Source: Rhizodiscina lignyota (taxonomy: Eukaryota). Taken from it: 64,000 nucleotides of DNA. Shown piece after piece: positions 1 through 12,091 of this stretch; within the stretch, counting starts at the first letter, position 1, and every line of letters starts with the position of its first letter. The stretch is from contig ML978124.1 of the NCBI GenBank assembly GCA_010015805.1, forward strand, positions 2,232,001 through 2,296,000, read 5' to 3'. A program made the translations under genes and the position numbers. Under the pieces are notes generated by a model. That model did no database searches, was not told the DNA's origin, and saw nothing but the letters and a program-made list of their open reading frames with translations.

Positions 1-612
1 AAGATGCGGGAAACGATTTGAGATAGGGTTGATGTCGATGATGGGTGCAGTCGCAACGTATGCGAGATAACCAGTGAGACGCTGAAAGCCATCGGCATTG
101 TCGAAGGCCCAACACGGGAACAGAAGCTTGCTGGCGCTCGCCACATTGATGGTGATTACCTTTCGATCGAAGCATTCGTCGAACCACTTGGCCAGCGAAG
201 GATGGCGTGTGTCCACATCCAGCTCTTTGGCAGCCCAAAACAGATGCCACATCTCCTCGAGCTGTACGTTATACGTATACTCTTCGACGACACCATGGAG
301 CGCTCTCATGATGATCTCTACACTCTTGAAGCTCAGATCGTCAACCCATATAGTGGGTAGCTCGGAATCACCGTCCAAGGTTGACAACTGTTTGGCAATC
401 CATGGCGAGTACGGTGCGATCTTCGAGGAGGACACCTTGAACTCTATGACGCTGTGAATGTTGTGCGCGCCTGGTACAACCCTTTCAGGGTCTGCCAGAT
501 GCTTCACAACTTGCAAGATGAAGTCTGCATTTTTGCAAATGACGACACGGCGCGTCGAGTAGCTCACAGGCACGTCTTCAGACGCCTGTGTTGAGCTACT
601 CGGCGTAGTCAT
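1..612 (-). CDS. BTB/POZ-like fungal protein, 3' end runs off the window
   Basis: Open frame from ATG at 612 to position 1, absent from the ORF track because no stop lies in the window: MTTPSSSTQ...VICKNADFILQV...EFKVSSSKIAPYSPWI...SVEIIMRALHG...EEMWHLFWAAKELDV...LAKWFDECF...LLFPCWAFDNADGFQRLT. The pattern resembles fungal BTB-like proteins. Confidence 0.6.
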   Translation of the reverse strand, partial: MTTPSSSTQASEDVPVSYSTRRVVICKNADFILQVVKHLADPERVVPGAHNIHSVIEFKVSSSKIAPYSPWIAKQLSTLDGDSELPTIWVDDLSFKSVEIIMRALHGVVEEYTYNVQLEEMWHLFWAAKELDVDTRHPSLAKWFDECFDRKVITINVASASKLLFPCWAFDNADGFQRLTGYLAYVATAPIIDINPISNRFPHL

Positions 613-2479
613 CTTGAAAACGGAGCTGATCTTTTTATTAGACATTGGTAGTGTGATCAGAGGTCGACGGCAGAACTTTTACGTACCTCGTGTTTTGCTC
701 TCAGAGCTTTGGTTCAAGAGTGGAGTGCACACTGAAAACAGTGCGTGAGGTTGGGTTTTGACGCGATAAACGCTTAGTTGATGCGTGTAAGCCCAGTATT
801 TGTGGGCTGAAGCACACCAACAGGAAGAAAACAATTCTGCGTGGCGGAAGGAAAGAGGTTGTGTGAGTTCAAGTGAGGTGCAGGAAGGAGAAAGAAATTC
901 AAGTGTGTGGCGAGGATAAGGTTGTTGTTGTTAGCGTGACTGCCTGCCCGGGAAATTAGCTCAACCTTCACAACCCCCCAGCCAACACTGGAAAGTATCG
1001 GCTCCAGAGCTCGGTTTAACTCGAATCTAGCATCATTGTGAAGTCATACGAAGCGGGCACAGAATGAGTCGTCCAAGGTGTATCGGATATTTAAGAGTCG
1101 GCCTCATTTTATAGCGTCAAATCCACACGTGCATCTGGGAGTGAATTCGGGACGAGTCCTTGCTTCTCATACACTTCTTCCACCTTTCGTGGTCCCCAGA
1201 GAATTGACGGAGAGAGATTCTCTCAGTCGGAAATCGCACCATCATATGTACTTCTGTCGAAATTCCAGGCTCATTTACCAAAGAACAATTCCTGCAACTT
1301 TTTCCTACCACGGGAATGGATCCATTGACGTAAAGACAGTTATCGCTCAAGAGCTTAGGCATGCTGGAATTGATATTCAATACACAATTTGGGGGTTGGG
1401 GTTCATCATCAGTCACCCTAATAAAACTAAAAGCACAACAGACGAGTGGAGGTCAGAGCAAACGTTATATACTCGGCAACGTCCAAGCGCTTCGCTTGTT
1501 TGCATCCGAGACCGACGACCCTCTCACGAGCATTTCAAAGTACTAACCAGATGTCTACGTATGAGTGCAAGATGCATGCATCTCCTCGATTCCATCGCTC
1601 AATCTTCAAAGCCAAGCGGCTCCGGCCCTCGCGCAGCGTTGAATCCGTACTGTTCATCCGTCCCATGATCCTTGACGACAGTAACTTCGAAATCCGTATA
1701 CGTGGCTCCGAGGACGCACTCCAAGACTATTTCAAAAGACCAATATTTTAACATGAGAATCATTTTACTAAGGACTCAATCATGATGCATGCTAAAATGG
1801 CTTCCGATGCACATCTCCAGCCTGCTTTCAAATCCGCCACACCACTTCTCTGCTCGGCCATTTCAGAATGCAGGCTGCATGGGGATGAGGAGTCTCTTAT
1901 GCCCTTAGGATGTTAGAGTATGGCCTGATTAGACACGCCTTGGTAGTTACTCGTGCTACGCAGGAGCATGGCTTTGTTAACGCCAGTGGAAATTTTTCTA
2001 TCCCATGGAAATATTGTGCTTATGATCACACTTTGGCAGTTCATATGAGTGATAGCTATATGAACTTGGATACTGGAGTCATCTTAATGTCGAAGAAGGG
2101 GTAATGATTTTGATCATGTTACAATGTCACGGCCGATGGTTTTAAAGCCCATTGGACATCATTTCTGACTATCATATATCAGCACAGCATAGAGACCGAC
2201 TCCTAAGGACGTGGAAGTCGGAGTGCACAAGGTTTCCTCGAAGCTTTATGTAGTAGTAGGTATCGCTGCCTGCGCGTGTTGCTGCCTGAGCCGAACGTGT
2301 TAACATCGCCGCGTGCCTCATAACACACAGATTCATTCAACATACACACATCTTAGGCAGCAAACGGGTTCTTCCGAAGTGCTGTGCGCAGCAAAAAATT
2401 CAGTATTTAAATTCTTGCACCTCCAAAGCTCTTTCAACTCCTTCATCTTCCAACACCGTCAACCTCGACTAACGCAACG

Positions 2480-3349
2480 ATGGCGACAGTTGCACGCGGA
2501 TCCATTGGACAGCTGAAGGCGTCTCGCAATCTCCGCAAGCGAGCACCCGTCAACTACTGCGAAGAGAGCGACGGAGAACAGAGCGAGGGTGAAGTTTATG
2601 CTCCGATTGTCAAGGTACGCGACCATTCCGGAATGCCTGGCCATGCCATGTGTTACCTCTAGAAGTCAAGGACGCGAACGACCAAGGCACCAGCAACGAG
2701 GGAGCACTTCCCATTTCTCTCTCTCCCAGCTGAGCTACGCAACATGATCTACGACCTTGCATTCCCGGTGCCAGAGGACGTTTCCTTGGAATACATGACC
2801 CACCTTCGCCGCCGATGCGCTCGTGCATCCAACTTCGCCCCGGGCCATACCGGTCTTCTGAGAGTAAATCGCCAAATTTTTGCGGAGGCCGCGCCACTCC
2901 TGTATCGAGCGAACTTTGTGTTCGATGACATGAAGGCAATGTTCCAGTTTCTCGTGAACATTGGACCCTGCAAGAGCCAATTCATCCAACGCATCATCAT
3001 CCAGGACTTGAGATCCACGTCCGATCTAAACTGTCACGCTGCCTTCACTTTGCTCAGAGGTCTTCCAAATTTGAGAGACCTGGTGTTGAGCTACCCGTAC
3101 ATATCTACCGAAAGCAGTCTCTACAGGTCGCCGAGCGCCCTTGCGACCCGATTCTACTCGATTGCAGCTCACTGGATGGAGGAGGTCGCCAGAAAAAGTG
3201 GACGGTATGATGCGGCGGTAGACATCATCGACATCTCCAGGCATGTAAAACGGGCTAGTGTGTCGAGACTAATGACTGATGAAGAGCACTCCCAATGCCT
3301 CTCGGGCTTCACGCAAACGTTGCGGGGCCATTTGCACAATCATCGTTGA
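2480..3349 (+). CDS. F-box-like (DUF7730/2EXR-type) hypothetical protein, 2 exons
   Basis: Exon 1 2480-2614, GT-AG intron 2615-2662, exon 2 2663-3349 in frame. The spliced protein contains FPFLSLPAELRNMIYDLA and LLRVNRQIFAEAAPLLYRANFVF, typical of this fungal family. Confidence 0.7.
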
Positions 3350-4047
3350 AATGGCTCTTTGAACGCAATCCGGACAGCTGTGCCACTGGACCGAATACTT
3401 TCCCTTTCTTCATCGGCATCGACTCTTCGAAGGCGACTCCTTGCTCTAGGTTGCGTAAACCTAGCAGATGGAGTTGACCTTGCACACTTGCATCATCGGG
3501 CGGTTGTTTTCGTTGGACTGGAGCGATTTCCTTTTCTTCATTAGCCTTGATTCCTCAAAAGCGCTCTCCTTCGTCCCTCTGGGTTGTGTGAAGGTAGTCG
3601 ATGGAATTGCAAGTGCAAAACTTGCGTCCTCGGTGCTGGATAACCTGCAAAAGTAAATAGCTTTTATCATTTCCCTGACCCCAGATATCAAAGTCACACC
3701 ACAAAAGAAATACAAAATCTGTGCATTTCGTCTTTGACCCAAATCATGCAGTCTGAGGCCGGCCCCGTAGTGACATTGCCATTCTTAGCCGATTACCGAA
3801 AACTGACACCCAAACCCCGCTACCTCGATTAGGCCCGTATCCGTCCCCATATCAGATCTTAATAATAATGACCGTAGCTTACAATCGATTGACCAGTGAC
3901 TACTTCTTTCGTCTTCCCGCCGTCAATGCCCGTGTCTCACTTCCAGCACGAAATTCTATAAAGCTCCAATTCTCCCGCGTCTCTATAGTATCAATTCCGC
4001 TCTTCAGTCTGCCAATCGATCCCGTTCAATTACTCATTCTAGTCGCA

Positions 4048-5205
4048 ATGCCATACTCTCTCAAAGACCGCTCCGTCCTCGTAGTCGCCGGCTCTCGTGG
4101 CTTGGGGGCAGAGATCTGTCGCAAATTCGCAGCTGAAGGCGCGAAAGTGGCCGTCGGTTATGTCTCGAACAAAGCCAGAGCCGAGGACGTTGCGAAAGAG
4201 TGCCAGGAGAAGTACGGCGTGAAGACCGCCGTGTTCCAAGGAGACGGCGGCTCGTTCGCGGACTGTGAGCGGCTGGTGGAAGAGACGAAGAAGGAATTTG
4301 GGGGATTGGATGTGGTCATCAATAATGCGGTGAGTTTTGCGGAAATGCTCTCTATTAGCTTTTGTTTGGAATGGCAGCGGCGTCTAGTATGCGAATATTG
4401 CAGTTTGCATGCACAAATCGGTGAATCACAATTGCTTTTTATGCTCGCCTCAGAATATGCAAGAGGCGATTCCCTTCTACCTGATACAGCATTTACATAT
4501 GACCAGACCCACGAGATATCAAGTTTGAAACTGATACACTTTTTGCAGGGCTGGACCAAGTACACGCAGTTTGGTGATCTATATGCCCTCACTGAAGAGG
4601 AATGGGATAGGGTAAGCCCTAATCACAGAGCCATCGATGGCGCCTGCAAAGTATTAACTGTACTCATAGGCCTTCGCTGTCAACGTCAAAGGCCAAATGG
4701 CTCTCTGCCGGGCGGCTCTCCCAACGTTCAACGAGAACCCTGATGGTGGAGTTTACATCGTGACTTCCTCTGTTGCCGTAATTTCCCCTTTGTCCAAAAG
4801 TTCGTATTGCATAGACTTCTCTCTCTGACCGCTCGCAGGGGAAAAGTATCGGAGGCAGCGCAATGGCCTATGCCGTGACAAAGGCCGCCCAGCTTCAACT
4901 CATCAGATGTCTGGCGCAGACCCAAGGACCGAAAGCTCGCATCAATGCCGTCTTGCCGGGTTTGCTCTTGACGGAGTGGGTTGAGGACTTCCCAGACGAG
5001 TGGAAGAAGGGAGCCATGGCAAGGTCGGTGCTGAACAGATCAACGGATCTGGAGGATTGCGCAAATGTATATGTAATGCTTGCCAAGAACTCGTCCATGA
5101 CCGGCAACCTGATTAGCGTTGGTGAGTATTTCCGAAATTCGTCTGCAGTCATGTGCGTTCTTCTGACATTTGCCAGATGCTGGAGTAAATATCATTGGCC
5201 GATAG
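4048..5205 (+). CDS. Short-chain dehydrogenase/reductase (classical SDR), multi-exon
   Basis: MPYSLKDRSVLVVAGSRGLG (Rossmann GxxxGxG), LDVVINNAG, catalytic YAVTK, RINAVLPG and C-terminal MTGNLISVDAG. Introns include 4330-4548 and three short ones; stop TAG at 5203-5205. Confidence 0.9.
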
Positions 5206-5247
5206 GTAGACGTCATTTCCGCATGGAAGCCTGCAGACGAGAAAGCA

Positions 5248-6514
5248 TTACTCTTCGTCTTCGTCGGCTGATTCAGTCGCATCGAGGCCTTTCAGACATT
5301 CTTCCGCTTCTTTTGGAGATGTGATGCCCCAAACTCCACCACCCTTGACTGCACCCTTCATGCCCACCTCTTTCCCCACAAGGTTCCGTCCCACCTTCCC
5401 TGGCCCAACTCCAATCCATCTTCTGACTTTCTCTTCTTTGTCCAAGTACTTCACCGAGTCCCACCATTGCACCGTCTCCACGCATTGCCTAGCCAACAGA
5501 TCCTTCAATTGTTCTCTTGATTGCACCGGCCGCGCCGATACGTTCGATACAATTGGGAATGCGCCTGGAAAGGCGACGATATCACTGCCATCTGCACGCT
5601 TCGTGTTGTACAAAGTCTTCTTCATGAAGTCCATCGCAGGCTGCATCAGCGGGCTGTGAAACGGGCTATCACTCTTCAGGCGGACAGCTCTGGGATCGTG
5701 CCCGCCAAATTGCCGTAGGTGTGTCAAAAGCGTATTGATCTTCTCGATCGCGCCGCTCAACACGATCTGATTCTTGCTATTGATGTTTGCGATGAGCACC
5801 TGTTGCACCGCGGGCTCATCCTGCGCGGAGTCGTTCTTGCTACCAGGAGACGAGAGCCCCAGGAACTCGTATATCGCGTCGATGAGGTCCGTCATGCGTG
5901 ACTCGTTCTCGAGCACCAGTGCTACCATCCCGACCTCACCACCGAACTGGTCCGCAGCTTCGCGGGCGCATCGCCCCATTACCTCGCCTCGCTTCCGCGT
6001 CATCCGTAATGAGTCTTCAAAGTCTAGATATTCGCCAGCCACCAGAGCTGCGAATTCACCCAGCGAATGCCCAAGCGTGAAGTCTACTCTCTCTGCCGTC
6101 TTGAACCCAAACTCTTGTTCCAGAACGCGCAGTATCATCACAGACGTCGCCATGATCGCAGGCTGTGAGTTCTCCGTGGCCGTGAGCTCGGCATTGGTGC
6201 CTTCGGCGATGATCCTCGTGAGTGGGAGGCCCAGGACGGAGTCGATCTCCTCCATGACGGGCTTGACGGTGCGAGGGAAGGCGTCGAGCCACGGGTCAAT
6301 CATGCCAACGCGCTGGACCCCCTGGCCTGTTTTACGATTAGCAGGAGCAGAAACTGTACGCTGCAATGCTCTTACCAGGAAAGAAAATGGCCGTCCGTGG
6401 CCTCTTCGGCGTAGCGGAGCTTGCCCATCGCGCATGTCGTTTGCTGCTCGCTCGTGCCGGACGGATTGGGATGGAAGGTCTCAGAGGAAGAGTGGGAAGG
6501 CGTCTGGACGACAT
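5248..6514 (-). CDS. MCT1: Malonyl-CoA:ACP transacylase (mitochondrial FabD/MCT1-like)
   Basis: Arg/Ser-rich presequence from ATG 6514 (MSSRRLPTLPLRPSIPIRPARASSKRHARW). AIFFPG|QG is joined across a short intron. Also SQPAI, catalytic GHSLGE, ANINSKNQIVLSG and SPFHSPLM. Confidence 0.9.
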
Positions 6515-7106
6515 TGCGATTAAATTGGTCGTTCAAGCCATCAGAGAAGACCGGGATGAGGCAGCATGATCACCGCATTTGAGGTGTGGAGAAGTGACTC
6601 CAACTTGGATAATGCGCGGCGCGTCCTCAAGCTCGGCGAGACTGGCCCTCGGGAGATCTTCCATGTCCCCGCCGATGCGATGTCGGCTAGCCCAGCTCTG
6701 AATCATTTCCTCTAATCGTGCTTTCGCATGGCTTGAAAAGATTTGATTCATAAATTGGCCCAGATATCTTCTATGTCACACTACTAGGACGAGTGATTAG
6801 AATTCCTGAACGTTTCCGAAATAATGTGCATGCCACCTTCGCCATCAAATATCAAGTCCAACGATAGTGCTCATTGTATTTGAATCTATCAATTCGCCCA
6901 GCTAAGCCACATAGTTACATCCAAGATCTATTTCTTGCTGCGAGTTATCCATCCAGATCCTATTAACGCCTTGCTATCCAGATTCCCCTCCCAGAGCGAG
7001 CTGTGTCGTATCCAACCCCAAACCCAACATCATAAATCATGCACAAGAAACGACAGTGAAGATCCTTTTCCAAACCAATTTACCATCATTCATCCAAAAA
7101 TCCATC

Positions 7107-10100
7107 TCACATTGTCTTGCTCCCTTCTCTCTTATCCATTTCGAGTCCATCCTTCTTCTCTTTCTTGTCCCTCTCTTCCACCGCCTCATCATCAACGCTG
7201 CTCAGCAGACTCCTCCCATCTACATCAGCATTTACAACCCTCAACCTCTCCCTCGGCACCGTAAACATGACCTGCACATTCCGACTCTCCGCCGCCCTCT
7301 CAACATCCCACTCGTCATCCGGATCATCCCAGCTCTCCATCACACCACCCCAGTCTCTCGCTCCGCGCTTCGCTTTCCAGAAGCCTGCGTCAGACGCCGC
7401 ACGACGCGGAGGCGCAAAGTTGTTCCCATTCTTGTGCTTCGTAGGCGACGACAGCGCTGAATCTTGGAGTGTCCCGCTCCTAGGGCGGGTGGAGAACAGT
7501 GGGGAGCGCGTCGTCATGCTCGCGCTGCGCTGGCCTGGGTTGGCGCGGCGGATTGTGAGCACACGCCTGACGCTGCCGAACATGCTCATCGCGCCTCCAG
7601 TTATCGTCGTCGACGGGCCAGGACGACTCTGCGGTCTGTCTTGGCGCGTTGGGCTCGTTCCCGGCGTGGTGTTGTTATACGATATGCTGGTGAAGTCGTA
7701 GCCAGGATCTGCAGGGCGATGGGAGCCGAGAAGTGCCTCGCTTTCTGCTTGGAGCTTCGCAAAGCCGGTCGGGTTGCGGCTGTGCGCACTGTGGAAAGAC
7801 TCCGCTCCTACGGCGGACGAGTTGGTGTCCGCGCTTTCCTTTGTGTTCGGACGGGAGCCCGAGGAATGTGATTCGCGCCGCTGTCGTCTTGAGGAATTCG
7901 CAGCAGCATCGCTGAGATTCTGTTGAGGATGTTCTTGTGTCGGACTATCGTCTGGTGTGGTGAAAGGATTTTCAACAGTTGCACCAAGTCCAAGAGCGTT
8001 CCAGAGGCCAGAGGAACGGATGGAGAGATTCCTCGCTAGACTTCCTACGAGGGTAGGTGCAGCACCGTTGGAATGTGCAGAGATACCGGTCCGAGCGGAA
8101 TTGTCTGAAAGTGTAGAAGAAGTGCGATCGGATTTTGAAGGCGAAATGCGACCGCCAGTGTCCTTGAAGGTCTCCGCGTCTTTTGAATGAGCACGGGCAA
8201 CAGTCGGGCGAGATGGATGTATAGATTGGTCGAATTGTTCCGTCGGAGAGTTGCCTACTGGGTGACTTCTTAAAGGGTTATGTTCGGTGAAAGGATCGAG
8301 CGTAGTTGCATTAGACACTGTTGAAGCTTCAGACCGCTTCTTCTGATGCAACGCCTGAATCGAACCATGAGCGCCAGAGATATGCTCTTCGTCGCTCTCC
8401 TCGATCGGATGGATGATACTTAGACGCCTCTCGTCGTATCGTGGTGCTGCCTGATAGCCATTGCGAGTCGCGACACCTTTTCGAAGTCCTCTAGTTGGAC
8501 TAGGGATATCAAGCAACAGGCCAGTTCGCTCGGCATCATGACCACTCGTGCTGCGCCATCCGTGAGGCATGTTGGATGGGTTCGGCGAGGAGATGTGCTT
8601 CTCGCTATATGGCCCATCGCCGTAATAGTCCACTCCTGGAGCTATCTCTGCACTACCAGTGCTAGTCGTAGGCCGATGCGTGCCAAATGAGAATTGCCTG
8701 ATTTGATCCTTCCTGGCTTCACGCTTCCCGTGCAGTCGTCTCCGATACCAGAGGTAGAAAACCAGTAGTGCAATAATCGCCAGCGCACCAATGCCTAGGC
8801 CTACGGCGAGTCCCGCCTTCTGTGAAGTAGTTGACAAAAGGCCTCCATTACCTGTGTCTGATGCCACAACGGTGTCCTCGGGTGGGTCGTATGAAGAAAT
8901 CCATGAATTTGACGAGACATTGAAGAAGTACGCCTTTGAATTTTGCGTCATGGCATCTCTCCTCCTGAACTTTGATGATGAGGAAGACATCTTATAGCCG
9001 CCAATGATCATCATCACATCTCCGCTCAGCATGAGCGCATCGTGTCCGTAGATATTGGCGGGCGCAGTACCTGTCTGTTGAGGCACGGTCCAGCTCCAAG
9101 AACCAGATCCTCCATATCCTTCTCCGATATTCAAGACGGCCAGTTGAGGGTTCGCAGGTGTATTGACATTGCCAATCCAGCCGCCGAAGACGAAAATGCT
9201 ATTGCCGTCTAATGACAAAACCGCAGAATGACCCGAACGTGGTTCCACGTCGACATTTCCATCTCGCACCGCTAAGTCAGTATGCCCCCCGGACGGTTGG
9301 TCAATGGGTAAGAAATTCCAAGTTCCTTGAGGCAACGAGAAGAGCGCTACTTGGGACATGTTGATAAACGCAGCCTGCGTATGTCCTCCAATCATGACAA
9401 AATTCTGCTGCTGAGTCTGGGTGCCATCTGTCTCATTGGAGAATGTAGGAGCAAGCCCAGTTACGGTGAAGCCTGCTTCTGCAATGGGCTTGTTTCCAGT
9501 AGGAGCGGCATTCAGTGAGAATGGAGATGGGCTTGAACTTGCGCTGGATGAGTCTCTCGTGAATGAGAGTAACAGATTGGAATAGTTTGCTGAAGATTGC
9601 CAGGAGTCGGGGCCAGCATTGTACTCTTGCAAAGGACACATGCCTCCAAACAAATAGAAGTCGGAGTCTCCATCTGCTATGCTCGAAAAGGCAAGACCAG
9701 ATGCGAGGAAATTTGCGCCGTCCAAGGTGGCACTACCACTCTTATCCTGGCTGGAGAACGTCTGCTTTGTCCATGTACCATTGCCGTTGCTGTCCGAGTC
9801 GATCGGCTCGAATCTCCAAAGCGCCGCTTCTGGACTTCCTCCTCCACAGTTACCTGCATATGCTGTGATAATGCCGTTCTGGTCTATCGCCGGGCTGAAG
9901 GCTGTAGAGGTCCCGACGGCAAGAAAGGGAAGGCTCGAATAGAGTGTGATGATGGGCACATCATCAATACCAAGCGTTATTGATGTGTCGAGAGCGGATA
10001 GCTTGAAATCGTAGTTGGAGGATGGTTGGAATAGGTAAGCTAAGGTATCATTTCGTGATGAGCGGAAGATGCGTGTTGGATTGTACGGCAACTGAGCAGT

Positions 10101-10157
10101 CGCATGGGCCACAGAGAGCAGTAGGAGGCCCGCAGGTAATTGAAGGAGACGCACCAT
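7107..10157 (-). CDS. Kelch-repeat type I membrane protein (signal peptide, kelch beta-propeller, one TM helix, disordered tail)
   Basis: 1016-aa single ORF with an N-terminal signal peptide, kelch-type motifs (FYLFGG, FVMIGG, PRSGHSAV...IFVFGG, YGHDA...MMIIGG) and TM segment AGLAVGLGIGALAIIALLVFYLWYRRR. Confidence 0.8.
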   Translation of the reverse strand: MVRLLQLPAGLLLLSVAHATAQLPYNPTRIFRSSRNDTLAYLFQPSSNYDFKLSALDTSITLGIDDVPIITLYSSLPFLAVGTSTAFSPAIDQNGIITAYAGNCGGGSPEAALWRFEPIDSDSNGNGTWTKQTFSSQDKSGSATLDGANFLASGLAFSSIADGDSDFYLFGGMCPLQEYNAGPDSWQSSANYSNLLLSFTRDSSSASSSPSPFSLNAAPTGNKPIAEAGFTVTGLAPTFSNETDGTQTQQQNFVMIGGHTQAAFINMSQVALFSLPQGTWNFLPIDQPSGGHTDLAVRDGNVDVEPRSGHSAVLSLDGNSIFVFGGWIGNVNTPANPQLAVLNIGEGYGGSGSWSWTVPQQTGTAPANIYGHDALMLSGDVMMIIGGYKMSSSSSKFRRRDAMTQNSKAYFFNVSSNSWISSYDPPEDTVVASDTGNGGLLSTTSQKAGLAVGLGIGALAIIALLVFYLWYRRRLHGKREARKDQIRQFSFGTHRPTTSTGSAEIAPGVDYYGDGPYSEKHISSPNPSNMPHGWRSTSGHDAERTGLLLDIPSPTRGLRKGVATRNGYQAAPRYDERRLSIIHPIEESDEEHISGAHGSIQALHQKKRSEASTVSNATTLDPFTEHNPLRSHPVGNSPTEQFDQSIHPSRPTVARAHSKDAETFKDTGGRISPSKSDRTSSTLSDNSARTGISAHSNGAAPTLVGSLARNLSIRSSGLWNALGLGATVENPFTTPDDSPTQEHPQQNLSDAAANSSRRQRRESHSSGSRPNTKESADTNSSAVGAESFHSAHSRNPTGFAKLQAESEALLGSHRPADPGYDFTSISYNNTTPGTSPTRQDRPQSRPGPSTTITGGAMSMFGSVRRVLTIRRANPGQRSASMTTRSPLFSTRPRSGTLQDSALSSPTKHKNGNNFAPPRRAASDAGFWKAKRGARDWGGVMESWDDPDDEWDVERAAESRNVQVMFTVPRERLRVVNADVDGRSLLSSVDDEAVEERDKKEKKDGLEMDKREGSKTM

Positions 10158-11879
10158 CCCGAGAGAGTTCCCGTCGGGACAGATACGCGGTGTAGTTCGT
10201 TTGCGAGTCGTGCGAAGTCGGTTTACCGGGCCTTAAGGCGGGAGGAATTGGACGTCGAGCGCAATGCAGCGGGCGACATCATGCAACGGCCGAGACAAGA
10301 AACAAAGAATATGGCAGAAAGGAAACCGGAAATAGATTGATTGTGAAAGTGTTGAAGTTGTAAATTGCAAAAGGAGCTGACTGAATGCTGAGATATGTTT
10401 GATGGAGGGGTTGGCCTCTTGGTCGCAGAACGGGTCGTGATCGTAAACAGGGACCACAAGACGCACTCGCACGCAAGCCCAAGCCAAAGTGTGGAGCGTG
10501 AACAGCTTCTAGCCAATCGATACGAACAACGGCCGACGTGGATCTAGGTTCAGCTCATCCTTATCTGGAGTACTCTCCGAGGCGCGCTGGAGATGAAGGC
10601 GACGCGTTGTTTTGGGTTCGTTTCTGCGGTAACATGATGACAACCCAGGAGCTAAACCGCTTTCGAATTTATCCTCGTCTAATTTGAGAACCCCAAGCAG
10701 CCACCACCTCCGCTTCCATCTCCCTCCGTTATCTTATTACATGTTCGTGGTCACACACCTCCACTCATTTGCTACAATGACCCGCAGGAGACCAATGTCC
10801 GTTGCATGAACAGGTCGGGACATGATTGCCTCAGTAAACTTGTCTCAAGAAATTGAGCTGAGTGAGACCCGACCCGACGGGAACGCCAACCCAGCCACAT
10901 CTTCATTCACGAAGAGCGATATCGTGGGCAACTGGATATGCAAAAGGAAGGAAGAACACGAAGCTCAGATACCCTTAAGGGCAAAGGACACTATGTCCGT
11001 CGAGGTCAACATACTGAACCATTGCAAGGGCTCAGATCATAATATGTAACTATTCAGAAGTACGACGAGGCTTGCCGAAACCTTTCTGGGGAGTGCCATT
11101 AACTCCATGGACCATCTGGGCAAGCCTTAACAGATGATTCAGACTAGGTTGGACGAGATGTCTTCCCCTAACTAGCGCGCGCCTCCTTGGCTTCAGAGGA
11201 TTCATGAATCCTGTCGCGAAGCAGCTGTGCAAAGCCGGGCCTTGCCCGGATTCCATATCGCCTGAGATCGAAGGATATATTCTCCATCTCTACTAGCTGC
11301 GAGACGGTTAATCTCGTATGGCTGTGGAATTTCACAAGTCCAATCGAACTCCATTGCGAGGCTCCGGAAACCGTCAAATATATCTTCCACACCCAGGCGA
11401 AGCTACGCCTCTGAGTCGGAGCCTCCAATATAATATCTACGGACACAGCAAGTCTTATCGAATAACGTTTCTTGTGCAACTGTATGAACCCTTTCGAGTG
11501 CGCGCAAGCTTTAAAACCAGATTCCGCGCACTATTGAACGCATCTTCCACAGTTTGGCGAAGCTACGGCTCCGAGACACAGCATCCAACTGTACGATGCC
11601 TCCAGCATGGAAGGGCTTGGTCGAAGGTATCTCCTGCGCAAGGGCATTAAACTTCGTAGGTGAGCGCAAAGTCGTGCTGGCCTATTGGAAAGGGCCTGTC
11701 GGGGCAGAATGGTGCTGTTGGGCTTGAATTTGCCTTGATCGCGACAATTCGATTTCTGTCTAATCGTGCTCAATCGTTCAGGCCTGAAGCGCCGCATACT
11801 TATTTGGACAGCAAGAACGAATTCACCGTCGGAGCCATATATGGCCACGTTGTGTCGTCTATTGGATTTGGCCCTGATG

Positions 11880-12062
11880 TTAGATCACCACGACTGACTG
11901 CGGATGAGTTGAAACGTGCTCAGGAAAATAGATCTGGATTGTCCCAATATCCCAATATCCCAATATCGGTGATGGGTATAATTACGTCCGATCAACCTTT
12001 TGTCCGTTTGCTTCTGTAGCGTCCTGATTGGAGTTTGGAGCAAGCTAAGATACCATAACGCC
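11880..12062 (+). repeat. Dispersed degenerate repeat, copy A (homologous to the reverse complement of 63855-64000)
   Basis: TTAGATCACCACGACTGACTGCGGATGAGTTGAAACG...AGATCTGGATT aligns with the reverse complement of the window end (TTAGATCATCACGGCCGACTGCAGATGAGCTGAAACG...AGATCTAGATT). It contains (CCCAATAT)x3. Confidence 0.7.
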
Positions 12063-12091
12063 GTCATGCCGTGAAAATGGTCATGCAAATA

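Noticed and set aside
1064..1751. Overlapping + strand ORFs (196 aa and 101 aa)
   Set aside because: No recognisable domain and no consistent splice model; possibly a degraded or orphan gene but unsupported.
10800..11880. Several short ORFs on both strands
   Set aside because: No coherent protein or transposase motifs; noted only as flanking the dispersed repeat.
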